From Cetorhinus maximus (taxonomy: Eukaryota), in the NCBI RefSeq assembly GCF_964194155.1, contig NC_135901.1, positions 1,674,001-1,738,000 of the forward strand: a stretch of DNA of 64,000 nt, in the 5' to 3' direction. A program made the position numbers and the translations under genes. The notes under the pieces were generated by a model. That model saw only the letters and a program-made list of their open reading frames with translations. It made no database searches and had not been told where the DNA came from. This document shows positions 1 through 13,500 of the stretch, piece by piece. The number at the start of each line of letters is the position of its first letter. Positions within the stretch are counted from its first letter, which is position 1.

Positions 1-439
1 CCTGGGCTGATAGTGATGACTTTGGCAATCTCCTTTTACAGGGTATCCCGTGCTCACAGCGATGACTTTTGTAAAGCCCTTTTACGGTGCATTAGAAAGG
101 GAGGATTTACAGACAGGGAACTCAAACCAAGCTTCAAATCAAAATTTAAGAGTCACTCTGTTCATCAGGACTTGAGTATCATTGGCCTTTGAGTTTGGAA
201 GGTGAAATATTTGTTCTGTCTGTTGGAAAAGATTTCAACCATCAGAATGACTGGAAAGCCACCAAGTCACACACAGTGAGAGTGTTCCAGTGCATTGACC
301 GTGGAAAGAGCTTTAACCAGTTACACAGCTGAAAAAACATCTCACCATTCACAGTGGGGCGAAACCACACACATGATCTGCATGCAGATGAGACTTCAAA
401 CGATCATCCAACCTGGAGAGACACAAGGGCACTCACACC

Positions 440-868
440 ATGGAGAATCTGTGGAAATGTGAGGACTGTGGGAAAGGATTCAATTACCCATCCCATCTCA
501 AAATTCATCGACGCAGTCACACTGGGGAGAGGCCGTTCACTTGCTCTGTGTGTGGAAAAGGTTTCATTCAATCACAACACCTGCTGTCACATCAGCGTGC
601 TCACTCCAACAAGAGACCTTTAAAATGTTCTGACTGTGAGAAGAGCTTTAAAAGCAGAAACCACCTGATGCAACACCAACACACACACACTGGAGAAAGG
701 CCGTACATCTGCTCCGTGTGTGGGAATGGATTCATTCAGTCATCCACCTTGCTGAGGCACCAGCGAGTTCACACTGGAGAGAGGCCATTCATTTGCTCTA
801 TGTGTGGGAAGGGATTCACTCGGTTAAGCACCCTCACTTCACATCAACGTGTTCACACCAATAAATGA
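440..868 (+). CDS. C2H2 zinc-finger protein (copy A), 5 fingers, truncated by a premature stop; decayed fingers continue to ~1019
   Basis: CxxC..HxxxH repeats with TGERP linkers. The stop at 866-868 replaces the R of HTNKRPF, and finger-like sequence continues to the family-type terminal CACATGTGA. A degenerate leader lies at ~42-439. Confidence 0.85.
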   Translation: MENLWKCEDCGKGFNYPSHLKIHRRSHTGERPFTCSVCGKGFIQSQHLLSHQRAHSNKRPLKCSDCEKSFKSRNHLMQHQHTHTGERPYICSVCGNGFIQSSTLLRHQRVHTGERPFICSMCGKGFTRLSTLTSHQRVHTNK

Positions 869-1573
869 CCTTTTAAATATTGTCAATGCGAGAAGGATGA
901 GTGAGATGCAGATGCACCAACGCATTCATGGTGGGTAGAGGCTGTTCACCTGCTCTGTGTGTAGGAAGGGATTCCCTCGGTCACAACACCTGGTGAGGTG
1001 GCAGCAAATTCACATGTGATTACAGGGGTGGGATTCTGCTGTTAATCGTTTTTTAAAAATTCATTCACAGGATGTGGACTTCGCTGGCTGGGCCAGCATC
1101 TATTGTCCATCCCTAGTTGCCCTCAAGAAGGTGGTGGTGAGCTGTGTTTGTTTGTTATTGCTGATGTTAAACTCCAACCCTATTATAGAGCTTATTAATA
1201 TTCTGGATGAATGTGAGATAAATCTGATTTAGTGGAAATGCACAGAGTGTTGTGTTCCATATTTCTCCAATATAAGAGGAGATTAATGAATGTCCTGTTG
1301 CCAACTGCTTTATTTTTGGGGCCTTTTCTCCTTTCTAACTCTAGATTATTTCAGTTCTCATAACTTCAGTTACTCTTAGGGACAAGTCCCTGCTCCTCAT
1401 ACCTTCCAGAGTGTCTCTCCTAGCCTTAAGGTTCAGGTAAGGTCCCGGTACCACACCCAGGATCACTAAACACAAAACCCAGCCTGTGAATCACTTTCAG
1501 CTCCTGGACTTACGTACGTCCCACAGCATCTCCCTCACCTTTGATGTGTGAATAGAGCATCAAGTCTATAAAG

Positions 1574-1676
1574 TCTGTTCTGAAGAAGAGTCATACGGAC
1601 TCAAAACATTAACTCTGTCTTTCTCTCCACAGATGCTGTCAGACCTGCTGAGTTTTCCAGCAATTTTTGTTTTTGT
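1574..1676 (+). mobile_element. Short Penelope-like terminal repeat with degenerate hammerhead motif
   Basis: CTGAAGA-agagtc-atacg-gactc-AAAAC followed by the ctctccacagatgctg..cctgctgagttttccagc tail. Flanked by atcaagtctataaa/atcaagcctgtaaa, and the site is empty in the paralogous flank near 28460. Confidence 0.75.
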
Positions 1677-3207
1677 ATCAAGCCTGTAAACTTGGTTTAA
1701 ATTGAAATTCATTCAGTAAATATATTTTTACAGGAGCCTGCAGGCTGATGAGACACTGTTAAACTCTGTGCGCTCCCATACTGCTCTGTATTTTGCCTGT
1801 AATGGAAAATGACTGGACCTTTGTCACAGTGCAACCTTTGCTGTTATGAAATGTGGGTGAATATTGATGAGCCTCACATCCTTGCTCATGTCTGCTGCAA
1901 TTGTGGAGAAAGGGGATGTGTAAAGAGCTGGTCTTTGTATAGAGATGTGAACCAAGGAAACAATATCTCTGTGTGATAGTGACACAGCCTTATGCTCACA
2001 CTCAGAACAATGCATAAATACCCTTATGGTTATGCTTTGAGCAGGGTCAGATCAACAATGTAGTGAACAATTTAAATATAGTTATCTCCAGTGTAGCTGC
2101 AGCTTGTTAGATCACAGTTGGGGAGAAGAGAGCTCTGAATCCACTGTATTATCAATGTTCTGCAGATTCGAGTACTATTTTTTTTTAGTATCATGGAATT
2201 TTATTCAAGAAATGCATTTGCAGCCCAAGGGCTGAATTGCTGTGTAACTTATATCATAAAATTCATACATTTCCTCAGAACTCAAGTTAAAAACAAGGAA
2301 ACGTGACAAACATTTGATAAGAACAATAGACAAACAAATGCAGCAGGTAACAGGGAAGCGATGGACGGGATACTCAGGGAAGGAATATTGAATTAAAATT
2401 ATATTCAAATTACAGACCAATCCACCATTCCTATATTACAGGCTCCGAAGTACATAAATAATAACATTTATAATTACTTCTTTGAGGACCGGAACCATGT
2501 AAGGAATTACTCTGTATGATTGCAGTGCTGTTAATAAAGTCCGGAAAAGACAATCTATTGTTGTGGGCTTGATTATCTGGTGTCTGAAACCACAAGATTC
2601 AATATTTAGAGCCAGCAAGATGAACAAGGAAAGACATCACAGCCCAATACTCCAGCTCAATATTCCCAGGAGAAAGTCTGTCATCTAACACCTCGTGTCG
2701 ACAGAACAGAGAAAGGTCCCAACTGTAAGAAACCCTCGAATCATTTGTAAATATCTTTCAAATGCTGACAGATTCCAACTGTCAATTTCCATTACATTGA
2801 AGTTAATGGAAGGTGAGAGAGGTTAAAAGTTCCACGTAGAAAGGCAACTTCTTCTGTTATTGCCTTACATTGGTAAACTCAGGAATGTCACACAAACATT
2901 TTAAATCCTCGCACCATAAATATCACAATTATTTTCAGATTGGAAATTTAAACCTGCCATTTCACTTTCAGTCAGGAACAGATCACAGTTTTACACCAAT
3001 CTCTGATTTGACATTTCCAGCATTCACCGTTGTTCTTCCTGACTCTGAATCCAGTTGTAAAGGAGCCTTCTGTTGCGTATCTAGGAGCTCTGAAGCATTG
3101 GAAGAGAGTGGCTGGGACACAATTCTCAGACACCCCAGGGCTAACCCTCAAGTTCAGATCTGGATGTGATTAATGGCAGTGATAACAGCACAATCCAACC
3201 TGGGCAG

Positions 3208-4770
3208 TCACTTGTGAATATGCTTCAGAAGGGGGGATGTCTGAATGAATCCCTACCCACACACACAGCAGGTAAAAGGCCTCCCAAATGTGTGTTCATT
3301 TGTCTGCAGATGTTGTGACCAAGTGAATTCCTTCCTAATTCGGAGCAGATGAATGTATTCTTTCCACTGTAACTCTGTTTTTGTCTCGTGAGATCAATGC
3401 TATATTTAAATCTCTCCTGACAGTCAGACATTAACAAGTTCCATATCAGAGTGAATAAGCTGGTGTCTCAGCAGGCTGGATGAAGAAGCGAATCCCTTGC
3501 CACTCTCAGAGCAGGTGAACAACCTCTCCTCAGTGTGAATATGCTGGTGTTCAGTGAGGTGAGATGATTGCCTGAATCCAGTCCCACAGTGAGAGCACCT
3601 GAACGGTCTCTTGTCAGTGTCAACACGTTAATGGGATATCAGCAATAACAGAATCCAACCCCTGTAGTCACTTGTGAACTCACTGGTGTCAGCAGGGTAG
3701 ATGACTGAGTGACTCCTTTCCCACACACAGAGGAAGTGAATGGCCTCTCCCCATTGTGAGCATATTGGTACTTTAGCAGATCATTGCTGCTTCTAAAGCT
3801 CTCCTCACAGTCAGAACATTTGAAAGTTCTCACATCAGAGTGAATAAGCTGATCTCTCAACAGGCTGGATGAATAAGTGAATCCCTTGCCACTCTCTGAG
3901 CAGGTGAACGGCCTCTCCACGGTGTGAGTGCTCTGGTGTTCAGTGAGATGAGATGATCGCCTGAACCGAGTCCCACAGTGAGAGCACATGAACGGTCTCT
4001 CCTCACTGTGAACACGTTGATGACCTGACAATTCCTCAGAACTTTTAAAGCATTTCCTGCAGACAGAGCATTTAAAAGATCTCTCCCCAGTGTGGACTCA
4101 CTGGTGTTTCAGCGAGTTGAATGAATTAGTGAACCCCTCTCCCCACACACAGCAGGTGAACGGCCTCTCCCAGCGTGAATGCACTGGTATCTCAGCAGAT
4201 TCTTTTGACTTTTAAATCACTGCTCACATTCAAAACATTTGAGAGGTCTGGATTCAGTGTGTCAAAAGGTGGGCTGACTGAATGAATCCCTTCCCACACT
4301 CGGAACATGTGAACACTTCTCTCCAATGTTACTGTGTTGATGAATATCCAATTCAGATGGGTAATTGAATCCTTTCCCACAGATCCCACATTTCCACAGT
4401 TTCTCCAGGATTTGGAAGTCCTTGTGTCTCTTTCTGCTGGATGATAAGTTAAAATATCATCTACACACAGAACATGTGTACGGTTTCTCTTCACTGTAAA
4501 TGATATGATCTTTTTTCAGGCTTTGTAACTGGTGAAAGCTCTTTCCACAGTCAGGGCACTGGAACACTCTCACTCGGGTGTGTGCTTCTCAATGCTTTTC
4601 AGGTGACACTGGTGTTTGAAATCTTTCCCCACAGACAGAGCAGAGAAACAGTTCTCCTTCCACATTTAAAGGCCGATGATACTCAGGTCCTGATGAATCG
4701 AGTGATTGTCAGATCTCGACATGGTGTTTGTGATGACTTTCTTGGCTGGAACTCCTCCCCTTCTAACCCC
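3208..4770 (-). pseudogene. C2H2 ZNF pseudogene (copy B) with internally duplicated 3' end
   Basis: Finger ORF fragments (3639..4031 and others) with frameshifts and Cys/His losses. Family acceptor at 4771-4772, and two terminal CACAAGTGA motifs (~3670 and ~3210). Confidence 0.85.
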
Positions 4771-4969
4771 CTGTAAAAGGAGTTTACAGAAGTTATCATT
4801 GTAAGCGCAGGATGGAAATTCAGAACAGATAATCCTAGTTTCTATGGAATATTTTCCCCTTTATTTCCCCAAAATCTATAAATCTCTGTCCCACACACTC
4901 CTCCCCCTTTCTGCTCATTGTTCCAGATTCAGTGTCCAGCCTCCTACTTATTCTTTTCTCCTCTCCAGA

Positions 4970-5715
4970 TTCTCACAAATGATTGAGGGGGTCGGATTCC
5001 ACTGTTATTGCTGCTGTTAATCACATCCAGGACTGAACCATGTACGTTCTGGCATTTGGGGTTTATTTCTTATGTTTATGCCCCTATAATTGGCCATTTT
5101 AAAAATATTTGTTCATGAGATGCAGGCATTGCTGCCTGGGCCAGCATTTCTTGCCCTTCCCTAATTGCCCTTGAGAAGAATGGTGATCAGCTGCCGCCTT
5201 GAACTGCTGCAGTTCAGGTGGTGTAGGTACATTCACAGTGCTGTTAGGATGGGAGTTCCAGGATTTTGACCCAGCAACAGTGAAGGAACGGCGATATATT
5301 ACCAAGTCAGGATGGTGAGTGGCTTTGAGGGGAACTTCCAGGTGGTGGTGTTCCCATGCGTCTGCTCTCCTTGTTCTTTTAGATGGTAGTGGTCATGGGT
5401 TTGAAAAGTGCTGTCTAAGGAGGCTTCATGTGTTCTTGCAGTACGTCTTGTAGATTTTATACATTACTGCTACTGTGCGTTGGTGCTGGAGGAAGTGAGT
5501 GTTTGTGGAAGGTGTGCCAATCAAGCCAGCTGCTTTGTCCTGGATGGTGTAAAGCTTCCTGAATGTTGTGGGAGCTGCACTCATCCAGGCAAGTGGGGAG
5601 TATTACATCACATTCCTGACTTGTGCTGGAGTTTAATATTCTGGATAAATGTCAAATAAATCAGCTTTGTTTTAAATATATTGTCGTAGATTTTTGTCTT
5701 TCCCACCTGAGTGTT
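4970..5715 (+). pseudogene. Orphan ZNF 3' tail (copy C) split by a LINE fragment
   Basis: cacaaatga..gttattgctgctgttaatcacatccaggactgaacc at 4975-5040 resumes as gctggagtttaatattctggataaatg at ~5626. No fingers upstream. Confidence 0.7.
5098..5623 (-). mobile_element. LINE 3' fragment (SKSWNS..FKAAAHH C-terminus)
   Basis: ORF 5099..5305 encodes a WNSxP-type ORF2 C-terminus. The same tail occurs at 1030-1145, 6825-7155 and 47490-47670. Confidence 0.75.
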
Positions 5716-6824
5716 TAATATCACCTGGCTGGAGCTCAGAAAGGACAATCTGCACGGAGGATCACGTGGCTGGAACAGAACTTCAGCCTGGACACAGTCC
5801 CTCAGGGTAACACTGAGAGGGACAAACAGCACTTTGGTGTCAGTGAAGAGAGATGCGAAAGACCAAAGTCCCCATGTGGGTGAATCCTGAGATGTGTAAG
5901 AAATGCGTCCCAGCCACTGTCTTCCATGGTTCAGAGCTCCTAGACACGGAACAGAAGGCTCCTTTACAACTGGGTTTAGAGTCAGGAAGAACAATGGTGA
6001 ATGCTGGAAACGTGTTGTCAAATCAGAGATTGGTGTAAAACTGTGATCTGTTCCTGACTGAAAGTGAAATGGCAGGTTTAAGTTTCCAGTTGGAAAATGA
6101 CTGGTTATTAAACTCTGAATATTGAACATGTTTGTGTGACAGTCTCGAGTCTATCATTTTAAGACAGACGTTATCTAATTGAAGATAAAACCAATGAAAA
6201 TAAACCGGTTAATGTCTCCATTATAATTGCAGATGGAGGAGTTCACAGGACCCTGTTAACTGCTGGGACAATTATATAACAGAAACGTGATCACCAGATA
6301 AAGACATGTTTACTGAGAGTTGATGCCGGATTTGAACAGAATGGGCTGAACCCAAAATTGTTTTCATGAAGAGCCGGGTTAATGTTGAGTTAAATCCGAT
6401 GTCTCTGCCTATTGGTTCATTCTTGACAGAATCAGCAGGCAGTATCCAATTAGGTCCTTTGTTCTCTTATTCATCCAATCTGCTGAAAGCTCCTTTATTG
6501 TCTAATTCATGACATCAGAGCGGGCAGCAGTGAACGGAACAGGGAACAGGACAGGAATTGAACACAATGTTGTCCCTTCAGTTTCAGTCTGGGAGGTGGG
6601 TGGAGTGAAGGGAAATAGTTCCTATTGTGCTTGTAGCAGTGCCGGAGGCTCCAATTAAAAGGGCTGTTCATTATCATCAGAGCTACCCACAGTGAATCAC
6701 TGTCTGCAACTGAAATGACTAAAGCCTGCTTCCAATACTCAGGGATGCTTTTAATTTGATTTAAACATTCCTGCTTAACAGTCAGGGGCTAAAGTTAGAA
6801 TTATTGCAGGATGCACTGCAGGAA

Positions 6825-7155
6825 TTCACCAAGCCTGCTCAGACAGCACCTTCCAAACCAATGACTGCTACCATCTGGAAGGATAAGGGCAGCAGACACA
6901 TGGGAACACCACCACCTGGAAGTTCCCCTCCATGCCACTCACCATCCTGACTTGGTAATATATCGCCATTCTTTCACTGTCACTGGGTCAAAATCCTGGA
7001 ACTCCCTTCCTAACAGCACTGTGGGTGTACCTACACCCGGGGACTGCAGCAGTTCAAGAAGGAAGCTCACCACCACCTTCTCAAGGGTAATTAGGGATAG
7101 GCAATAAATGCTGCCCTAGCCAGCGAAGCCCACATCCCATGAACGAATAAAAAAT
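6825..7155 (+). mobile_element. LINE 3' fragment, same family as 5098-5623
   Basis: gggtcaaaatcctggaactcccttcctaacagc...gcaataaatgctg...gaataaaaaa tail. Confidence 0.75.
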
Positions 7156-7747
7156 CACAGCATTATGTAGAGATATCAATAGCAGCATGACATCAGCTGG
7201 TTTCAGAAGAGCCCGAATAACCTTTTCCCTGCAGAATGGATGGTGCCTGTGAAACTATAGCTCATGAAGGAGTCAACCTGCTTAGGAGATTAGAGGCTGA
7301 GGTGGAGATTGTCTGCTCGGAATGCACATGAGATATTTTACAGAAACCATCAGGTTTTGACTCTCAGTGCCTCACTGAATATTAATACACTCCAGCATCG
7401 GCACCGCAATGTTGTCTGAACAAGAAAGTTATAACTTCTTGTTGGGTCAATGAGGAGTTTGAATCGTCCTTCTGTGGTATTTCCACTAAAAGCTGATATA
7501 AGAAATTTCTGTTCTTTAGTTTCTGTACCAGTGGAATCTCTCCAAGACTCTGGTGACTGCATTTCCCTGGATTTCGATCAACTGTGCCTCCTGTGTAAAC
7601 ATTGCTGTGATTGGTGGAACAAAGCCTCTTCATTGCATATTCCAGGTTTTTGCACTCGGTTGATCAGGAATATTAAAGGGAAATTGGTTTAATGGGGCTT
7701 ATTGGGATGTACAATCAAGGATATTATTTACATGGTAAATATCTTGC

Positions 7748-9070
7748 ATAAGAATTAGGAGCAGGAGTAGGCCACTCGGCCCCTCGAGCCTGCTCCGCCA
7801 TTCAATAAGATCATGGCTGACCTGATTGTAACCTCAACTCCACATTCCCGCCTACCCCCGATAACCTTTCACCCCTTTGCTTATCAAAAATCTATCTAAC
7901 TCTGCCTTAAAAATATTCAAAGACTCTGCTTCCACCACCTTCAGAGGAAGAGAGTTCCAAAGACTCACAACCCTCTGAGAGAAAAAATGTTCTCCTCATC
8001 TCTGTCTTAAATGGGTGACCCCTTATTTCAAAACAGTGACCCCTAGTTCTGGATTTTCCCACAAGAGGAAACATCCTCTCCAACTCCACCCTGTCAAGAC
8101 CCCTCAGGATCTTATATGTTTCAATCAAGGTGCCTCTTACTCTTCTAAACTCCAGCAGGTACACACCTAACCTGTCCAACCTTTCCTAGTAAGACAAACC
8201 GTCCATTCCAGGTATTACCTAGTAAATCTTACGAACATAAGGAGCAGGAGTAGGCCATTCAGCCTCTCGAGTCTGCTCCACCATTTAATGAGGTTCTGGC
8301 TGATCTGATAGTAACCTCAAATCTGCATCCCACCTACTCTGGATAACCTATCACCCCCTTGCTTACCAAGAATCTATCCACCTCTGCCTTAAAAATATTC
8401 AAAGACTCTGCATCCATTGCCTTTTCAGGGAGAGATTTCTCTGAGCTGCTTCCAACACATTTACATTTCTCTTTAAATAAGGAGACCAGTATTGTACACA
8501 ATACTCCAAATGTGGTCTCACCAATGCCCTGTATACTGAGGCATAACCTCCCTACTTTTATATTCAATTCCCCTCACAATAAATGATAACATTCTATTAG
8601 CTTTCCTAATTATTTGCTGAACCTGCATACTAGCCTTTTGTGATTCATGCACTAGGACACCCAGATCCTTCTGCACCTCAAAGCTCTGCAATCTCTCATC
8701 ATTTAGATAATATGCTTCTTTTTTATTCTTCCTGCCAAAATGTAAACCCTCACATTTCATTACATTATACTCTATTTGCCAGATCTTTGCCCATTCACCT
8801 TACCTATGTATATAATTTTGTAGCCTCCTTATGTCCTCTTCACAGCTTACATTCCTACCTATCTTTGTGTCATCAAATTTAGCAACCACACCATCCGTCC
8901 CCTTATCAAAATCATTAATGTAGGTTGTAAATGGCTGAGGGCCCAGCACTGATCCCTGTGGAACTCCACTCGTGATATCTTGCCAATCTGAAAAAGACCC
9001 ATTTATGCTTACTCTCTGTTCCCTGTTAGCTAACCAATCCTCTATCCATGCTAATGTTTACCCTCTACAC
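7748..9070 (-). mobile_element. Two adjacent 5'-truncated CR1 LINE copies (junction ~8232)
   Basis: RT C-terminal peptides (RGTLIETYKILRGLDRV; DLGVLVHESQK), and the 3' UTR taggagcaggagtaggcc occurs twice. Confidence 0.85.
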
Positions 9071-9599
9071 CAGTGGTCACTATTTTTCACTATTTTTCAA
9101 GCAAGGGTCACTTCAACAAAAAACCTGTAATGTGAGAGCCAATCGACTACTTAACTAAATTATCATTGCTTACTACATGATGTTATGATACAGAGTAATG
9201 CATGTAACTAAAACAAAATCATATATTGTACTTAATAATAAATACACATGTATTTATTTAAAGTTATGGTTGTGTTCCTGAAAATCACAACTTTAACTCA
9301 AACTACTTTAAGTGGATAATTGGTTCCCATTGGAATCAATGTTAAAACTGTAGTTAGGTTCTGTGGGAATTTCCTTATCAAGAAAAAAACAAATATTGAA
9401 ACATTATACCCTCTAAGTTGCAATTTCTATATTGCTAAATTCCTACATTGGTAAATTAAATCGCTTTTATATTTTTCAACTTATTTTATTTTGAATGAAA
9501 AATGTAACTTTTTAATTCAGTTACCTCCTGCCTACCACCACCCCTGCTTCCTGAACCTCCTGCTCCCTGATCCTCCTGGTCGCTGCAAATACATTGGAA

Positions 9600-9788
9600 T
9601 ACTTGGATGCACAAGTCTCGCTGCTTTTCTATTCACACTGGTGTTTGAAATATTTGCCCTCAGATGGAAGAGACAAACATGTTTCTTCCTAGACTGATAA
9701 TATTCAGATCCAGATGAATTGAATGACTGTCAGATCTTGACATGCTAATTGTTTTGAGTTTAATGTCCAAAATTCTCCTCCCTAATAC
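9600..9788 (-). pseudogene. ZNF leader-exon relic (copy D), fingers lost
   Basis: Family intron end and acceptor at 9789-9790. Leader sequence includes the first conserved TGA (9633-9635). Confidence 0.7.
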
Positions 9789-10079
9789 CTGTAAAGGGAG
9801 TAAACATAAGTAATCACTGTAAGTTCCGGACAGAAAACCAGAACTAACAATTCTACTTGTCAAAAATATCCTTCTCCCTCTCAAACTATAAATCGCTGTC
9901 TCCCACACACTCCCTCCACCCGATTGTTTGTAAACCCAATTCATCCTACTATCCCTCCTCCTGCTTTTTCCCATTTCGCTTCCCCTAATAGGCTCAGTTT
10001 CATACTCACCTCTTGCCATCCCCAATATGTCACCCAGGTGTCTAAATCTTTATTCCTGAAATTAACAAACCGCTTTGCT

Positions 10080-10476
10080 AAGGGGGCGTCGCAATCAATG
10101 CCACATTTACTTTGTGTTAGGGTGTTGTCACTGCGTCCCCACGCCCACCTTTCATCCCAGTCTGAGGAGTTTGGCGACTGGGCTCCGGATGGGTAATGGC
10201 GGTCGAATCTCCCACAACCGCCCGCGCTGGGGAAACTGAGCTATCCGCCGCGCGGGCGGGCGGTCCAGGAATGCGCATGTCCAAGGCAGCGGGGAAACTG
10301 CGCATGTGCGGAGGAAGGCCCGCCCTTGTCTGCCATGTTGTGGTGTTGACCAATGGAAAAAGTTGGAGGACCGGAAGGCCTTTGATCCTCCAGCCAATCA
10401 GAGCGCTGGCTTTGTGTCACTGCAGATTGAGCTTCACAGAGCCTGCAACCTCCTTCTGTGTCCAACATCTGTGAGT
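10080..10476. promoter_or_regulatory. CpG-rich, probably bidirectional promoter with a + strand first-exon donor
   Basis: GC boxes, TGCGCATG NRF1-like sites (~10272, ~10299), two CCAAT, CCGGAAG, and the donor CT|GTGAGT at 10471. Confidence 0.65.
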
Positions 10477-10529
10477 AAAACACTTTCTCTTCCTTTTCTA
10501 ATTCTGGGGGTAAATTGTTGATTTACAGG

Positions 10530-13500
10530 AACTCACAGAGTCGGAGAGGTCCACAGCGCAGAAAAAGGCCCTTCGACCCATCGAGCCTGCGCCAGTCAAA
10601 CAAGTACCTAACTATTCTAATCCCATTTTCCAGCACTAGGCCCGCTCTGGTACGCCATGGCATCGCAAGTGCACATCCAAATACTTCTTAAATGTTATGA
10701 GTTTCAGGCAGTGAGTTCCAGATTCCCACCAAAGAAATTTCTTCCTCACATCCCCTCTAAACCTCCTGCCCCTTACCTTAAATCTACACCCCCTGGTTAT
10801 TGATCCCTCCACCAAGGGGAAAAGTTCCTTCCTGTCTACCCTATCTATGCCCCTCATAATTTTATACACCTCAATCATGTCCCCCCTCAATCTCCTCTGC
10901 TCCAGGGAAAATAACACCAGTCTATCCAATCTCTCCTCATATCTAAAATTCTCCAGCTCAGACAACATCCTGGTAAATTTCTTCTGCACTCTCTCTCAAG
11001 CAAACACATCCTTCCTATAATGCGGATTCCAGAACTGCACACAATACTCTAGCTGTGGCCTAACCAGCATTTTGTACAGTTCCATCATAACCTCCCTGCT
11101 CTTATATTCGGCTAATAAAGGCAAGTATCCCATATGCTTTCTTAACCACCTTATCTACCTGTCCCGCTACCTTAAGGGACCGGTGGACATGCACATTGAT
11201 GTCCCTCTGATCCTCGGTACTCTCCAGGGTCCTACCATTCATCGTGTATTCCCGTGCCTTGTTTGTCCTGCCCAAGTGCATCACCTCACACTTATCCGGA
11301 TTAAATTCCATTTGCCACTGATCAGCCAATCTGACCAGCCCGTCTATATCCTCCTGTAATCTGAGGCTATCCTCCTCACTATTTATCACTCTGTCAATTT
11401 TTGTGTCATCCACAAACTTACTGATCAACCCTCCTACATTTGAGTCTAAATTGTTTATATGTACCACAAACTGCAAGGGACCCAACTCCGATCCCTGTGG
11501 AACCCCACTGGACACAGGCATTCAGTCACAAAAACACCCCTCGACCATCACCCTCTAGTTCCTGCCACTCAGCCAATTCTGGATCCAATTTGCCAAATTG
11601 CCTTGGATCCAATGGGCTCTTATCTTCGTTATCAGTCTCCCATGCGGGACCTTATGAAAAGCCTTGCTGAAGTCCAAGTAGACTACATAAAATGCATTGT
11701 CCTCATCTACACACCTGGTCACCTCTTCGAAAAGTTCAATCAAATTGGTCAGACGTGACCTCCCCTTAACAAAACCAAGCTGACTGTGCTTGATTAATCC
11801 CTGCCTCTCCAAGTGTAGACTCATTCTGTCCCTCAGAATTTCTTCCAATAGTTTCCCCACCACTGAGGTTAGACTGACTGGCCTGTAGTCCCCTGGTTTA
11901 TCCCTTCCTTCCTCCCTTGAATAACGGTACCACATTGGCTGTCCTCCAGTCCTCTGGCACCTCTCCTGTGGCCAGAGATGTATTGAAAATTATTGCCAGA
12001 GCCCCTGCTATCTCCTCTTTTGCCTCACTCAACAGCCTGGGATACATTTCACCCGGGCTTGGAGATTTATCTACTTCTAAGTCTGCTAGATCACTTAGAA
12101 CCTCCTCCCTTTCTATGCTAATTTCTTAATTATATCACAATCCTTCTGCCTAATTTCCATACTGATGTTGTCCCTCTCACTTATGAACACCGACACAAAG
12201 TATTCATTTAGAACCCTACCTACGTCTTCCGGCTCCACACACAAATGACCACTATGGTCCTTAATGGGCCCTACTCTTTCCCAGTTATCCTCGAACTCTT
12301 AATGCACTTGTAAAATAACTTTGGATTTTCCTTTATTTTACCTGCAAATGTTTATTCATGCCCCCTTTTTGCTCTCCTAATTTGCTTTGCAAATTTCCCC
12401 CTACACATTCTATACTCCTCCAGGGCTTCCACTGTTTTGAGCCCCTCGGTATCTGCCATAAACCTCCCTTTTTCTCTTTGTCTAATCCTCTATATCCGTT
12501 GACATCCAGGGTTCCCTGGATTTGTTGGCCCCATCCTTTATCTTTCCTGGAATATGTTGGCCCTGTACTCTCCCTATTTCCTTCTTGAATGAGTCCCACT
12601 GATCTGACACAGATTTACCTACAAGTAGCTGCTCCCAGTCCACTCTGGCCAAATCATATCTGATTTTGTTAAAATCGGCCTTCTCCCAATTTAGAACTCT
12701 GATTTCTGGCCCATTTTTGTTCTTTTCCATGATAACCTTGAATCTAACGGAGTGATGATCACTGTCCGCAAAATGCTCCCCCATTGATACCTCTACCACT
12801 TGCCCGGCTTCATTCCCTAAAATTAAGTCCTGGACCGTCCCCTGCGTTGTTGGACCTTCTACATACTGGCTTAAGAAGTTCTCCTGGATGCATTTTAATT
12901 CTGCTCCCTCTAAACCTATCACGCTATGACTAACCCAGTTACTGTTGGGGAAGTTGAAATCCCCCACTATTACTACCCTATTATTTTTACACTTCTCTGA
13001 AATTTGCCTACATATCTGCTCTTTTATTTCTCTCTGATTGGTTGGGGGCCAATAGTACATTCCCAGCAATGTGATTGCTCCTTTTTTGTTTCTAAGTTCT
13101 ACCCATGTGGCTTCATTTGAGGAGATTTCTAAGATGTCATCCCCCCTTACTGCTTTAATTGATTCCTTGATCAATATTGCGATAACCTTTTACCTCCTTC
13201 CCTATCTCGCCTGAAGACCCTATATCCTGGAAAATTGGGCTGCCAATCCTGCCCCTCTCTCAACTATGTGTCTGTGACAGCAATGACATCATACTTTCAA
13301 GTGTTAATTTGTGCCCTCAACTCATCTGCCTTATTCGTCAGACCCCTTGCATTAAAATAAATACCATCCAATCTTGCCAAACTCCCTTGTTCCTTAACTG
13401 GCCTATAATTTCTACTCCTTCCAAACTCACTTGCTCTCTCTTCTAATTTTGGCTGTGCATCTTCCCCTGCTGAACCTCCTCTCAGGATCCCATCCCCCTG

